Positions 11,030 through 20,413 of a stretch of 64,000 nucleotides of DNA are shown piece after piece (the first letter of the stretch is position 1; each line of letters opens with the position of its first letter). A program made the position numbers and the translations under genes. The stretch is taken from positions 1 to 64,000 of IMG/VR virus record IMGVR_UViG_3300034071_000801. One strand, given 5' to 3'. The stretch comes from a virus. Taxonomy: Duplodnaviria; Caudoviricetes. Under the pieces are notes generated by a model, which saw only the letters and a program-made list of their open reading frames with translations, was not told where the DNA came from and did no database searches.

Positions 11030-11851
11030 ATGAAGAAAAGAATATTTTTTAACTCCTCTCTTCCTAGAGCAGGATCTACTCTTCTGCAAAACATTGTAGC
11101 AGATAATCCAGATTTCCATTGTACACCTACATCAGGTTTCTTAGATTTACTTCTAGGAGCAAAAGCAAATTATAATCACTCATCAGAAGTTAAGGCACAA
11201 GATGCTGAACTAATGAAGAATGCATTTATAGGATTTTGTCATAATGCAATGCATGGATATTTTAATGCTCTTACAGACAAACCTTATGTCTTAGATAAGA
11301 ATAGAGGATGGGGAATACATTTTAATCTTGCTAGTGAATTTATGGTGGCTCCTAAAGTGGTATGTATGATTAGAGATGTACGTGCTGTTTATGCTTCTAT
11401 GGAAAAGAACTTTCGTAAGAATCCTACACAAGCAAATCATATTCAAGATCCTAATCAATTAATAGGCACCACTCTTCAAAAGAGAATCAACCTATGGGCT
11501 GATGGACCACCAGTTGGAATATCTATGGATAGACTAAAAGATTTATTTGATCAAGGATTAGATAAAAAAGTGTTGTTTATTCGTTATGAAGACTTAATGG
11601 ATTTCCCTGAACAAGAAATGAGACGTTTTTATGAGTATATGGAACTTCCATATTATGAAGGTCATACATTTGAAACTGTTACACAGCATACACATGAGAA
11701 TGATGCTATACATGGTATCTATGGAGATCATAAACTACGACCAAAGTTTGAAAGAAAGCCTGATGATTTTGAAGAAGTGTTAGGATATGAAATTTGTCAA
11801 TCAATTAAAAACACCTATCCTTGGTTCTTTACCAAATTTGGATACGTATAA
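11030..11851 (+). CDS. PAPS-dependent sulfotransferase
   Basis: 5'-PSB loop SLPRAGSTLL, 3'-PB motif IRDVRAVYAS, and RYEDL. Confidence 0.9.
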   Translation: MKKRIFFNSSLPRAGSTLLQNIVADNPDFHCTPTSGFLDLLLGAKANYNHSSEVKAQDAELMKNAFIGFCHNAMHGYFNALTDKPYVLDKNRGWGIHFNLASEFMVAPKVVCMIRDVRAVYASMEKNFRKNPTQANHIQDPNQLIGTTLQKRINLWADGPPVGISMDRLKDLFDQGLDKKVLFIRYEDLMDFPEQEMRRFYEYMELPYYEGHTFETVTQHTHENDAIHGIYGDHKLRPKFERKPDDFEEVLGYEICQSIKNTYPWFFTKFGYV

Positions 11852-11861
11852 ATCAATAACT

Positions 11862-12731
11862 ATGAATATAATATTTGATATATCAGGAGGCCTAGGTAAG
11901 AATGTCTTATCTACAGCTGTATTAAAAGCTATTAGAACTGAACACCCTAAAGCAAATATAATTGTTCTTACATCTTACCCAGATGTATTTATTGGTAATC
12001 CAAATGTAAATAAGGTGATAGTTCATGGAACTACACTAGGCTTATATAAAGATTATATAGGAGGTAAAGATGCAAAGGTGTTTATTACAGATCCTTATAC
12101 AACATCTGATTACTTAACAGAATCAAAACATTTGATCGAGATATGGTGTAAGTTATGTGAGGTGCCATATAATAATGAGCTACCTGAATTGTTCATCTCT
12201 AAAGCAGAAGTGGAATACTTTGCTCCATTCTACCAATTAGAAAAACCTATTATGACTATACAACCTAATGGTGGTCCAGCAGATCAACCATTGAAATATA
12301 GTTGGGTAAGAGATATTCCAGGAGTGGTAATCAATGATGTGATTCAACATTACAAGAAAAATTATACAATTGTACACATTAAACGTGAGGATCAACCAAT
12401 GTATGCAGATACAATAGGTGCTCTTGATTCATTCAGAAGTATAGCTGTTTTATTATCTTTATCCTCTAGAAGACTTCTTATTGATTCATCTGCTATGCAC
12501 ATTGCTGCAGCTCTAGGATTACCAAGTCTTGTATGTTGGATAGGAACAAACCCAAAGATATTTGGTTATGATATGCATGCTAATCTAGAAGCTAATGCTC
12601 CAGATAAAGAATTAAACTTTGATAATGCATATCTGCAGAAGCTTCCATTGTTTGAAGATATCTCTAGATGTCCATATACAGAGTTGGGAAGTATATTTAA
12701 TAGTGAGGACATAATTAAAGCATTGAAATAA
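11862..12731 (+). CDS. GT-B glycosyltransferase (GT9/heptosyltransferase-like)
   Basis: N-terminal GGLG loop and C-terminal IDSSAMHIAAALGLPSLVCW. Start moved to ATG 11862 (MNIIFD). Confidence 0.8.
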   Translation: MNIIFDISGGLGKNVLSTAVLKAIRTEHPKANIIVLTSYPDVFIGNPNVNKVIVHGTTLGLYKDYIGGKDAKVFITDPYTTSDYLTESKHLIEIWCKLCEVPYNNELPELFISKAEVEYFAPFYQLEKPIMTIQPNGGPADQPLKYSWVRDIPGVVINDVIQHYKKNYTIVHIKREDQPMYADTIGALDSFRSIAVLLSLSSRRLLIDSSAMHIAAALGLPSLVCWIGTNPKIFGYDMHANLEANAPDKELNFDNAYLQKLPLFEDISRCPYTELGSIFNSEDIIKALK

Positions 12732-13174
12732 TGGCAGTATATTGGTTTACAGGACAACCTTCACATGGTAAGACAGTGTTGGCTAAGTTACTAAAAGAGG
12801 AACTAGAAAAATATGGCAAAGTGTTCCATATAGATGGGGATGATCTAAGAGCACTTACATTAAATGTAGATTTCTCTGAACAAGGAAGAAAAGATAATGT
12901 CAAAGGTGCACAGAAGATAGCACACTATCTATATAACCAAGATTATACAGTGGTAGTTTCTGTCATTGCTCCATATAGATTACAGAGAGAAGAACTTAAA
13001 TCTCTGCTTGGTGCTAATCTTGTAGAATTATATGTTCATACAGACTCACCTAGAGAAAGAGATCATTTCAGAGTGGCAAATTATGAAGCTCCATTAGAGA
13101 ATTTCATTGATGTAGATACTACAGATGATACACCAGAAGAATCAATTACTAAAATTTTAAAACAAATAAAATGA
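12731..13174 (+). CDS. cysC: Adenylyl-sulfate (APS) kinase, compact
   Basis: WFTGQPSHGKT P-loop, IDGDDLR, DFSEQGRKDN, IAPY and YEAP motifs. Confidence 0.85.
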   Translation: MAVYWFTGQPSHGKTVLAKLLKEELEKYGKVFHIDGDDLRALTLNVDFSEQGRKDNVKGAQKIAHYLYNQDYTVVVSVIAPYRLQREELKSLLGANLVELYVHTDSPRERDHFRVANYEAPLENFIDVDTTDDTPEESITKILKQIK

Positions 13175-13572
13175 GTTGGACACAAAAAACCTATGTAACA
13201 TCTTCAATGGAACCAAGGAATAATCAATATGCAATGTTTGTGGGAAGATGGCAACCTTTACATAAAGGACATCAAGAATTGTTTCAACAAGCTTTAGATG
13301 AAGGTAAAAATGTATTAATATGTATTAGAGATATTGAACCAGATGATAGAAATCCTTTTACAGCTAAACAAGTAAAAGATACAATTGAAAATCATTATGC
13401 AATTCTTGTAGAACAAAATATAGTTAAAGTGATGATTATTCCAGATATATGTTCTATTGAATTTGGAAGAGGTGTTGGATATGATATTATAGAACATATC
13501 CCTCCTATAGAGATAGGTGATATATCAGGTACAAAAGTTAGAGAGCAATTGCGTAAGGATGGGAAATTATGA
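13171..13572 (+). CDS. HxGH nucleotidyltransferase; candidate minimal ATP sulfurylase
   Basis: GRWQPLHKGH and C-terminal ISGTKVR; overlaps cysC. Confidence 0.7.
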   Translation: MSWTQKTYVTSSMEPRNNQYAMFVGRWQPLHKGHQELFQQALDEGKNVLICIRDIEPDDRNPFTAKQVKDTIENHYAILVEQNIVKVMIIPDICSIEFGRGVGYDIIEHIPPIEIGDISGTKVREQLRKDGKL

Positions 13573-13775
13573 ATGTTGAAAAGAAAAGACACGTAGCAAA
13601 AACAATTAGTTATAGACTTTTAAGTACACTAATTGGCTTTACCATAATGCTGGTTATAACAGGATCTGTTAAGATAGGAGCAGCATTTGGTGTAGCAGAA
13701 TTACTTTACAAACCTATACAATACTACATCCATGAAAGAGTTTGGTATAGGTGGATTAAATATGGATTAAAATAG
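13569..13775 (+). CDS. DUF2061-like small membrane protein
   Basis: RHVAKTISYR...YYIHERVW signature. Confidence 0.75.
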   Translation: MNVEKKRHVAKTISYRLLSTLIGFTIMLVITGSVKIGAAFGVAELLYKPIQYYIHERVWYRWIKYGLK

Positions 13776-13780
13776 TTTTA

Positions 13781-13824
13781 GGTTATGCTATATTATGCAG
13801 AATATATAGCATAACCATTTTATT
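13781..13824 (+). terminator. Terminator-like hairpin
   Basis: 13-bp perfect stem GGTTATGCTATAT/ATATAGCATAACC followed by ATTTTATT. Confidence 0.6.
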
Positions 13825-13841
13825 ATATGAGAATTAAGATT

Positions 13842-13849
13842 TATATTTG
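13842..13849 (+). promoter_or_regulatory. -7 promoter element TATATTTG upstream of the lysis cassette
   Basis: TAnnTTTG in intergenic DNA. Confidence 0.45.
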
Positions 13850-13938
13850 TTGTGTATAAATTGGTATAATGATTGCATCATTTACAATTATCTCTTTAAA
13901 TTGTATATATGTTATAACAACACCCACTCACTCCCCTT

Positions 13939-14259
13939 ATGGAAAACGCATTTGAAAAACAAGTAGAAAAAGAATTGAAAAGCATGGATCAACGATTATA
14001 TGATCTAGAGGAGAAGATGACTTCTATAGACACTAAATTAACACAAGTTGTAGACGCTATATTAGGTAATGCATTAACAAAAACTGGGGGATTTGTTGCT
14101 GACTTAACTGAACTTAAAGGCAAAATAAAAGACTTAGAAGATAAGATACAGAAGCAAGAAGAGTTTAAGAAACGCTTCACATGGACTGTAGGTATAATTA
14201 TAGCTGCTGGTGCCATATTGCAATACCTATCTACGTTATACAGAAACTTAAAATCATGA
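13939..14259 (+). CDS. Coiled-coil protein with C-terminal TM helix (holin/antiholin-like)
   Basis: Heptad pattern plus WTVGIIIAAGAILQYL; first gene of the lysis cassette. Confidence 0.55.
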   Translation: MENAFEKQVEKELKSMDQRLYDLEEKMTSIDTKLTQVVDAILGNALTKTGGFVADLTELKGKIKDLEDKIQKQEEFKKRFTWTVGIIIAAGAILQYLSTLYRNLKS

Positions 14260-14462
14260 GTACAAGAGAGAAGGTTGATATTTTTTTAAACAAATGGGTG
14301 AGCAGAAAGCTTACAGTGTTTGTTGTAGGTTCTGTTGGTCTTTTCTCTGGAAAATTAACATCATCTGATTGGGTGATAATTGCAGCAACATATATTGCTA
14401 TTGAAGGAGCAACAACTATTGTAGAAAAATTAATGAAAGCTAAAGCAAACCAACCATTATGA
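14256..14462 (+). CDS. Putative holin
   Basis: Two short TM segments and an SRKL motif. Start moved to ATG 14256 (ATGA overlap). Confidence 0.6.
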   Translation: MSTREKVDIFLNKWVSRKLTVFVVGSVGLFSGKLTSSDWVIIAATYIAIEGATTIVEKLMKAKANQPL

Positions 14463-14854
14463 TCTTAGAATTAAAGAGAAAGATTTTTACAGATGATTCC
14501 ACAATAGGAGAACTTTCCATTGATGGAACTTTTGTTTGTTACACACTAGAGGATAAAGTGAGAGATAAGAAGATTCAAAATGTTACAGCTATTCCTTATG
14601 GAAAATATGAGGTGGCAGTTACATTCTCTAATCGGTTTAAACAATATATGCCTCTATTACTTAATGTTCCTGGATTTGAAGGAGTGAGAATTCACTCAGG
14701 TAATAAATCAATTGAAACAGAAGGATGTATTCTTGTAGGTGGTACTAGATCATTAAACTTCATTGGTAAATCTAGAGTGACATATAAAGCTTTATTTGAT
14801 AAGATAAAAGCTGTAAGAAAGACAGAGAAGATATTTATAAACATCACTGAGTAA
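14459..14854 (+). CDS. DUF5675-like protein, putative endolysin
   Basis: STIGEL..CYTLED..TAIPYGKY..GVRIHSGN..TEGCILVG; sits between holin-like and spanin-like genes. Confidence 0.75.
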   Translation: MILELKRKIFTDDSTIGELSIDGTFVCYTLEDKVRDKKIQNVTAIPYGKYEVAVTFSNRFKQYMPLLLNVPGFEGVRIHSGNKSIETEGCILVGGTRSLNFIGKSRVTYKALFDKIKAVRKTEKIFINITE

Positions 14855-15168
14855 TGTTACAGTATTTAAAAGATCAGTACTTAGCGGTGATTATTATAGT
14901 TGTTTTGGTATTCTTTACATTATCAGAACAAAATAAGAATAATCTTCTAATAGAACAAACAAAGATATTAGAAAGTAAGATTCTTATTCTTGAACAAAAA
15001 GATCATGAGTCTAGTAAAACAATAGATAGCTTATCTAAAGTGGATACAGTGATCGTTAATAGGATCAAAATAATCAAACAAAAAGAATATGTACAAATTA
15101 GGATTATTGATAGTTTGCCTGTTAGTGGGCTTCAAAGGTACTTCACAGATCGTTACTCAGAAAAATGA
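14854..15168 (+). CDS. Inner-membrane spanin-like protein
   Basis: N-terminal TM helix plus coiled coil, directly after the endolysin. Confidence 0.5.
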   Translation: MLQYLKDQYLAVIIIVVLVFFTLSEQNKNNLLIEQTKILESKILILEQKDHESSKTIDSLSKVDTVIVNRIKIIKQKEYVQIRIIDSLPVSGLQRYFTDRYSEK

Positions 15169-15565
15169 TTCTGTCGTCACCCTTAGTGAAACTATTTCTA
15201 GGAAGGTTGTTTCTGATCTTGTACGTTATGATTTTGCTAAGAATGTTATCAAAGAGCAAGAGATAAGGATCAAAAACTATCAGAGGAAAGAAGTTGAATT
15301 CAATAACAAACTAGATATAAAGGATTCAATCATATTTCATCAGAAAAGTTTAATAGGTATACAAAAAGATATAATTAAAACTAAACATCCATTAGAAATA
15401 CATGGATATGCAGGTATACAATCTATAAAGCTACAACAGATTCTTCCTTCATTGTATGGAAATATAATGGTTGAGTATAAGAACTGGTCAACAGGAGTTA
15501 ATTATACAATACAAACACATCTACCTCCTACATGGGGAATAGTAATAGAACATAAAGTTTTTTAA
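15089..15565 (+). CDS. Secreted/outer-membrane spanin-like protein
   Basis: Signal peptide, coiled coil and C-terminal beta strands ending in Phe; overlaps the previous gene. Confidence 0.45.
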   Translation: MYKLGLLIVCLLVGFKGTSQIVTQKNDSVVTLSETISRKVVSDLVRYDFAKNVIKEQEIRIKNYQRKEVEFNNKLDIKDSIIFHQKSLIGIQKDIIKTKHPLEIHGYAGIQSIKLQQILPSLYGNIMVEYKNWSTGVNYTIQTHLPPTWGIVIEHKVF

Positions 15566-15567
15566 TA

Positions 15568-15702
15568 ATGGCAAAAGCAACCAACACATCAGAAAAAGCA
15601 GTGAAGATTAAAGTGAGTAGACCAGGTGTACACGCTAAATCTCAAACATCTAAACTTAAATCTTCTAAAAATTACAAGAAGATTTATAATGGACAAGGAT
15701 AA
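15568..15702 (+). CDS. Small basic protein (44 aa), not in the ORF track
   Basis: MAKATNTSEKAVKIKVSRPGVHAKSQTSKLKSSKNYKKIYNGQG fills the gap exactly and is coupled to the next gene by TAATG. Confidence 0.7.
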   Translation: MAKATNTSEKAVKIKVSRPGVHAKSQTSKLKSSKNYKKIYNGQG

Positions 15703-15926
15703 TGAAAATACCTTTGATACCATTAGATAAAGCAAACCATTTTATATATGGATTTGTGATATTCATTATTAGTCAATGTTTTCTAAATGATTTATATAGT
15801 ATAGGAATTGTATTTCTAGTTGCTTTAGGTAAAGAAATTAAAGACCAAATAGACTATAAAGGATTTGATTATAAAGATATAATAGCAACAATAACTCCTT
15901 CAATTATTTTACATTATGTAAGATAA
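15702..15926 (+). CDS. Small membrane protein (VanZ-like DKxxH motif)
   Basis: DKANHFIYGF..KEIKD..FDYKDIIAT. Confidence 0.6.
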   Translation: MKIPLIPLDKANHFIYGFVIFIISQCFLNDLYSIGIVFLVALGKEIKDQIDYKGFDYKDIIATITPSIILHYVR

Positions 15927-15958
15927 TTTTTTTAGTTATTTTAATTTAACAACAGTCA

Positions 15959-15988
15959 TTGTATGTAAGTATAAAACTTATACCTTTG
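15959..15988 (+). promoter_or_regulatory. Promoter TTG-N19-TACCTTTG
   Basis: Both Bacteroidota/Flavobacterium elements at correct spacing; supports a start at 16007. Confidence 0.6.
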
Positions 15989-16006
15989 ATACTTACAACA
16001 TTAATC

Positions 16007-16972
16007 ATGGCAACATTTATTAAAGCAGGATTTTGGGAGCAATTATGTAAACCCTGTACAGGATACAAAGGATGGCTCAATCTTGATAAACTTATCAAAG
16101 ATATTGCTGGAGAAGGAACAGTTGGTCCTCAAGGTCCACAAGGTCCACAAGGAGTAGAAGGTCCACAGGGTATTCAAGGAGACACAGGTCCTCAAGGAAC
16201 TGCTGGTAACTCTGTAACTATATTAGGAAGCTACGCAGATTATGCAGCTTTCTTAGCTGGTGCAGGAAGTATGCCTGGAGCTAATGTTGGTGATGCATGG
16301 ATTCTCTTATCTGATGGATCACTAATGAGTTGGAATGGAACAAACTGGTTTGATGCTGGAGATATAAAAGGACCTCCTGGTGATCAAGGACCACAAGGAA
16401 TACAAGGACCTCAAGGTGAGCAGGGTATTCAGGGAATCCAAGGAGTACCAGGAACATCAGGATCAAATGGTTTATTTGCTCAAACAGCATTAGGAACTAT
16501 AATTACACCAATCTTAGGAGAAACAAGTTTAATTGGTACAGGTGTTGGTTCATTAAGTGTTCCAGCTAATGCCTTTCAAGTGGGTGATTCATTTACAGCT
16601 AAAATATGTGGATATTTAAGTTGTGCAAATAATGAAGATATTCATATAAGAGTGAAGTCAGATGGTAATGTAATAGCTGATGCTGGAGTGTTTAGATTAA
16701 ACATTGCAACAAATAAGTATTTTGAAATTGCACTTGATTTTACAATCACAAAAATTGGTGGGTTGGGTGTTGCTGAATTATTTACAAATGGTCAGTTTAG
16801 CTACAATAAAAATGCAAATAGCAATATTGATGGTACTAATTTTGCACTAGTAGATAGTACAGCTTTTGATACAACCATATTAAACACATTATCTGTTACA
16901 GCAGAATGGATAACATCAAATGTTGCTAATAAAATACAATCACAAAATTCTGTACTTACAAGAGTTTATTAA
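16007..16972 (+). CDS. Collagen-like fibre protein
   Basis: Two GPQ/GIQ triplet tracts; N-terminus MATFIKAGFWE is paralogous to that of the 8978 gene. Confidence 0.8.
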   Translation: MATFIKAGFWEQLCKPCTGYKGWLNLDKLIKDIAGEGTVGPQGPQGPQGVEGPQGIQGDTGPQGTAGNSVTILGSYADYAAFLAGAGSMPGANVGDAWILLSDGSLMSWNGTNWFDAGDIKGPPGDQGPQGIQGPQGEQGIQGIQGVPGTSGSNGLFAQTALGTIITPILGETSLIGTGVGSLSVPANAFQVGDSFTAKICGYLSCANNEDIHIRVKSDGNVIADAGVFRLNIATNKYFEIALDFTITKIGGLGVAELFTNGQFSYNKNANSNIDGTNFALVDSTAFDTTILNTLSVTAEWITSNVANKIQSQNSVLTRVY

Positions 16973-16992
16973 TAAAATAAAATATATATATA

Positions 16993-18369
16993 ATGGCTAT
17001 ACCAAGTAAACAAATAGGTTGGGGAACAGAATCAAACCTATTATGGCAAATCGCTAAACAATTACAATATCTAACACAAGTGACAGCATCTTCTGGTGGT
17101 GGTTCAACTAGTCCATTTGAATATAACGCAAATGCAACTGGTATTCAGCCAGTATTAGGAACTAATGTTGCAAGTGGTTTAAATGCTACAATTGGTGGAG
17201 GTACTAATAATACTGCTTCTGGTTTTATCTCAACAGTTAGTGGTGGATTGCTAAATACTGCTTCTTGTAATTATTCAACAGTTGGTGGTGGTTGTGGAAA
17301 TACTGCTTCTAGTTATTATTCAACAGTTAGTGGAGGTTTATCTAATATTGCTTCTGGTTATAATTCAACAATTAGTGGTGGTATTAATAATGTTTCCTCT
17401 GGTTGTTCTTCAAAAATTGGTGGCGGTAGAGGTAATATTAATTCTGGTCTTTATTCAACAATTGGGGGCGGTTTTCAAAACATTATTTCTAATTCTTATT
17501 CAACAGTTGGTGGTGGTAGATATAATACTGCTTCTAATCAATTCGCAGCAATAGGCGGTGGTTATAGTAATGTTGCTTCTGGAGATGGTTCTTTTGTTGG
17601 TAGTGGTAGATATAATAACGCAGTTGCTTATAATTCGACAATTAGTGGTGGTAGAGATAATAGTACTTGTGGAAGTTATTCAGTAATTGGTGGTGGTTAT
17701 AAAAATACTGCTTCTGGAAATTTTGCTTTTATTGGAGGTGGTTCTTATAATACTGCTTCTTATAGTTTTGGAACAATTGGTGGAGGTCAATTTAATGTGG
17801 CATCTGGGTATTCCTCAACAATAGGTGGTGGAGAAAGAAATATTGCTCCTTGTCAACGTTCAACAATTGGTGGAGGAGAATATAATGTTGCTTCAAATGT
17901 ATATTCAACAGTAGGCGGTGGAAGGTGCAATACTGCATCTGGTCTAAATTCATTTATTGGTGGGGGGTATGGCAACATTGCTTGTGAAACAAATACAGTA
18001 ATTTCTGGTGGTAAATGTAATTTTGTTTCTCAATATAATTCAGTAATAATAGGAGGTTATTGCAATAATGTAGGTGGTCAAAGTTCTATAATTGGAAATG
18101 GCTCTTATAACATTGCATCATCTAGTTGGTCATCTGTTTTTACTGGCTATAGAAATACTGCTTCTGGTTCATATTCGTTTATTGCTTCTGGACAATACAA
18201 CAATACAAATAATTGTAGTTGTGCTATGATTATAGGAAGTAATATTACTGCTGATAGAGTTTGTGCTACGTTTGTAAATAATCTTTCTATCAAAAACATT
18301 CCAACATCTGCTGCTGGTTTACCAACTGGTGCTGTATGGAAAAATGGAAGTGTATTAACAATAGTTTAA
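16993..18369 (+). CDS. Second 15-aa GGG-repeat fibre/decoration protein
   Basis: Same repeat and C-terminal FVNNLSI.NIPTS.AGLP.GAV as 8978; N-terminus shared with 18382. Confidence 0.7.
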   Translation: MAIPSKQIGWGTESNLLWQIAKQLQYLTQVTASSGGGSTSPFEYNANATGIQPVLGTNVASGLNATIGGGTNNTASGFISTVSGGLLNTASCNYSTVGGGCGNTASSYYSTVSGGLSNIASGYNSTISGGINNVSSGCSSKIGGGRGNINSGLYSTIGGGFQNIISNSYSTVGGGRYNTASNQFAAIGGGYSNVASGDGSFVGSGRYNNAVAYNSTISGGRDNSTCGSYSVIGGGYKNTASGNFAFIGGGSYNTASYSFGTIGGGQFNVASGYSSTIGGGERNIAPCQRSTIGGGEYNVASNVYSTVGGGRCNTASGLNSFIGGGYGNIACETNTVISGGKCNFVSQYNSVIIGGYCNNVGGQSSIIGNGSYNIASSSWSSVFTGYRNTASGSYSFIASGQYNNTNNCSCAMIIGSNITADRVCATFVNNLSIKNIPTSAAGLPTGAVWKNGSVLTIV

Positions 18370-18381
18370 TAAAAATATAAA

Positions 18382-19164
18382 ATGGCAATACCATCAAGAC
18401 AAATAGGTTGGAGTACACAAAGTAACCTCCTATGGGAAATATCAAAGGAATTAGAAAGATTGACATGTGTAATGGCTGGTGGTTGTACAACTACCACTAC
18501 ATCAACAACAACAATGGCTCCTGGTAATATAGAAATTGCTCCTAGTGCAGATTTTGATATCTCAGGAGATTTCACTATTGAGTTTTTTATGAATATGGCT
18601 AATCCAGATGGATTCCCAAGAGTTTATAGCTTTGGTGCATATCCTGCACCTAATGCTATTTCAATTGAAGGTGGTGGATCTATTATATATTTCTGGGGTA
18701 ATGGTGCTCCAGCAATTTCTGGAACTCCTGGTAGTTATGGAATTGATTTAGTAGGAAGTTGGCATCATATTGCTATTGTAGGTAATGGTCCTTTATTATA
18801 TATGTATGTTGATGGTTTTGAATTAGCTACATCATCATGGAGTGGTTCTATATCTAGTGGTGGATTACCATTTACAATAGGATTTGGTAATGAGCCTAGT
18901 TCTTATTTTAATGGATACTTAAGTAACTTTAGATGGACACAATCTGCTGTTTATACAGCTCCTTTTAATGGAAGCTTACCAACATCTCCTCTACATAATT
19001 TATCTGGTACAATATTAAATACATTCCAAGGAGATTCATTACCTTTGGAACTTACAGATCTTAGTGCATCAGCACACGTTATTACAAATGCTGGAGCTAA
19101 TTATAGTTCTAATAATCCATTCTCTCCTACATATAATGGAAGTTTACAAGTAGGATCAGTATAA
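18382..19164 (+). CDS. LamG/concanavalin-A-like domain protein with Thr-rich linker
   Basis: GDFTIEFF..WHHIAIV..YVDG..FNGYLSNFR; linker TTTTTSTTT. Confidence 0.75.
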   Translation: MAIPSRQIGWSTQSNLLWEISKELERLTCVMAGGCTTTTTSTTTMAPGNIEIAPSADFDISGDFTIEFFMNMANPDGFPRVYSFGAYPAPNAISIEGGGSIIYFWGNGAPAISGTPGSYGIDLVGSWHHIAIVGNGPLLYMYVDGFELATSSWSGSISSGGLPFTIGFGNEPSSYFNGYLSNFRWTQSAVYTAPFNGSLPTSPLHNLSGTILNTFQGDSLPLELTDLSASAHVITNAGANYSSNNPFSPTYNGSLQVGSV

Positions 19165-19191
19165 AGAATAAAAACAAAAACCAACTACATT

Positions 19192-20208
19192 ATGAAAGAT
19201 TTAAAATTTATCCAGGCTTGTCCTAGTGATATTTATTACACGTGGCAAGTAAACCTGTGGCTAGAGAGTCTAAAAGAAATAGGACACTCTGATAAAGCAA
19301 TATCTGTTATCTTTACACCTAAAGGAAGAGAGAACAGAGATAAATGGAAACAGATAGAAGACTTGTATCCAGAAGCAGAGTTTCATTACTATACAGATGA
19401 AGATAATCTAAATCAGTTATTAGGAATATACATTCCTGTACTAAGACCATATGTTCTTTGGAAACATTTTAAAAAACATCCAGAACTAAATAAAAAAGCT
19501 ATCTTCTATTGTGATAGTGATATTCTATTTATGAAGGATTTCAATCTAGATAAGTTCTTAGAGGATGACATTAACTACTTATCAGATACAAATAGTTACA
19601 TAAACGCTAGTTATTTTGATAGTAAGATACACCAGGTGATTCCAGAGAAGCTAGAAGAATACAAGAGTAGAGATATTCTTGGAGAACTTGCTAGTATCAT
19701 AGGAATAAGCAGAGAAATCTGTGAAGCTAATAATGATCATTCAGGAGGAGCACAATATCTATTAAAGAACATAGATGCAAACTTCTGGAGTAAGGTGATG
19801 AATGATTGTATTCTTATAAGAACATATTTACAAAAAATAAATAGAGAGTTCTTTAAAGATGAGAATTCTGGATACCAAAGTTGGTGTGCTGATATGTGGG
19901 CTGTTCTTTGGAACATTTGGTTCAGAGATGGAGAAACTAAAGTGGTGCCTGAATTAGCATTTGCATGGGCTACAGATCCTATTATCAAATTAGATACACA
20001 CACAATCTTTCATAATGCAGGAATAGTTTCTGAGACAGGAAATGGTTACCCAGCTTTTTACAAAGGTAAATATCATATGGGCCTAGATCCTACAAAAGAT
20101 CCTAATTTAGATGTTATTCTTAATGATGAGAAAACACAAAAGTATTGTACGTGGTTTTATGCCACTAAATTGAATGAAATAAAAAACAAATATAACCTAA
20201 ACTATTAA
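19192..20208 (+). CDS. GT-A glycosyltransferase resembling peptidyl O-glycosyltransferases (HPAT GT95 / SERGT GT96-like)
   Basis: YYTWQ, LRPY, a DxD motif (YCDSDIL) and WCADMWA occur in the order seen in HPAT/SERGT enzymes. Confidence 0.6.
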   Translation: MKDLKFIQACPSDIYYTWQVNLWLESLKEIGHSDKAISVIFTPKGRENRDKWKQIEDLYPEAEFHYYTDEDNLNQLLGIYIPVLRPYVLWKHFKKHPELNKKAIFYCDSDILFMKDFNLDKFLEDDINYLSDTNSYINASYFDSKIHQVIPEKLEEYKSRDILGELASIIGISREICEANNDHSGGAQYLLKNIDANFWSKVMNDCILIRTYLQKINREFFKDENSGYQSWCADMWAVLWNIWFRDGETKVVPELAFAWATDPIIKLDTHTIFHNAGIVSETGNGYPAFYKGKYHMGLDPTKDPNLDVILNDEKTQKYCTWFYATKLNEIKNKYNLNY

Positions 20209-20225
20209 CCCTAAATTTAAAATAA

Positions 20226-20411
20226 ATGGGAAGCATTGATTCAAGACCTTTAAAGGCTTTTGTCAGATTCGATGGATCTGGCAGAATAGTTGCAGGAAGC
20301 TTAGTCCTTAGAAAAAATAAGCCAAAGGTTGGTAAATGGCGTGAAATTCTAGCATATGAATGCTGTAATTACGTTCCTACTACTACAACAACAACCACAT
20401 TACCTGTATAA
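20226..20411 (+). CDS. Small protein: shared N-terminal domain plus Thr7 tail
   Basis: LKAFVRFDGSGRIV..KPKVGKW.EI...ECCNY followed by PTTTTTTTLPV. Confidence 0.75.
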   Translation: MGSIDSRPLKAFVRFDGSGRIVAGSLVLRKNKPKVGKWREILAYECCNYVPTTTTTTTLPV

Positions 20412-20413
20412 TC

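Noticed and set aside
8874-13796. GCTATATTAT at ~8874 and ~13787 as a late promoter motif
   Set aside because: Only two copies were seen and one is part of a terminator stem; insufficient support.
10477-18369. Diversity-generating retroelement TR/VR pair between the similar 3' ends of the two fibre genes
   Set aside because: Differences are largely synonymous and not adenine-specific, both copies are coding, and no reverse transcriptase is in the window.
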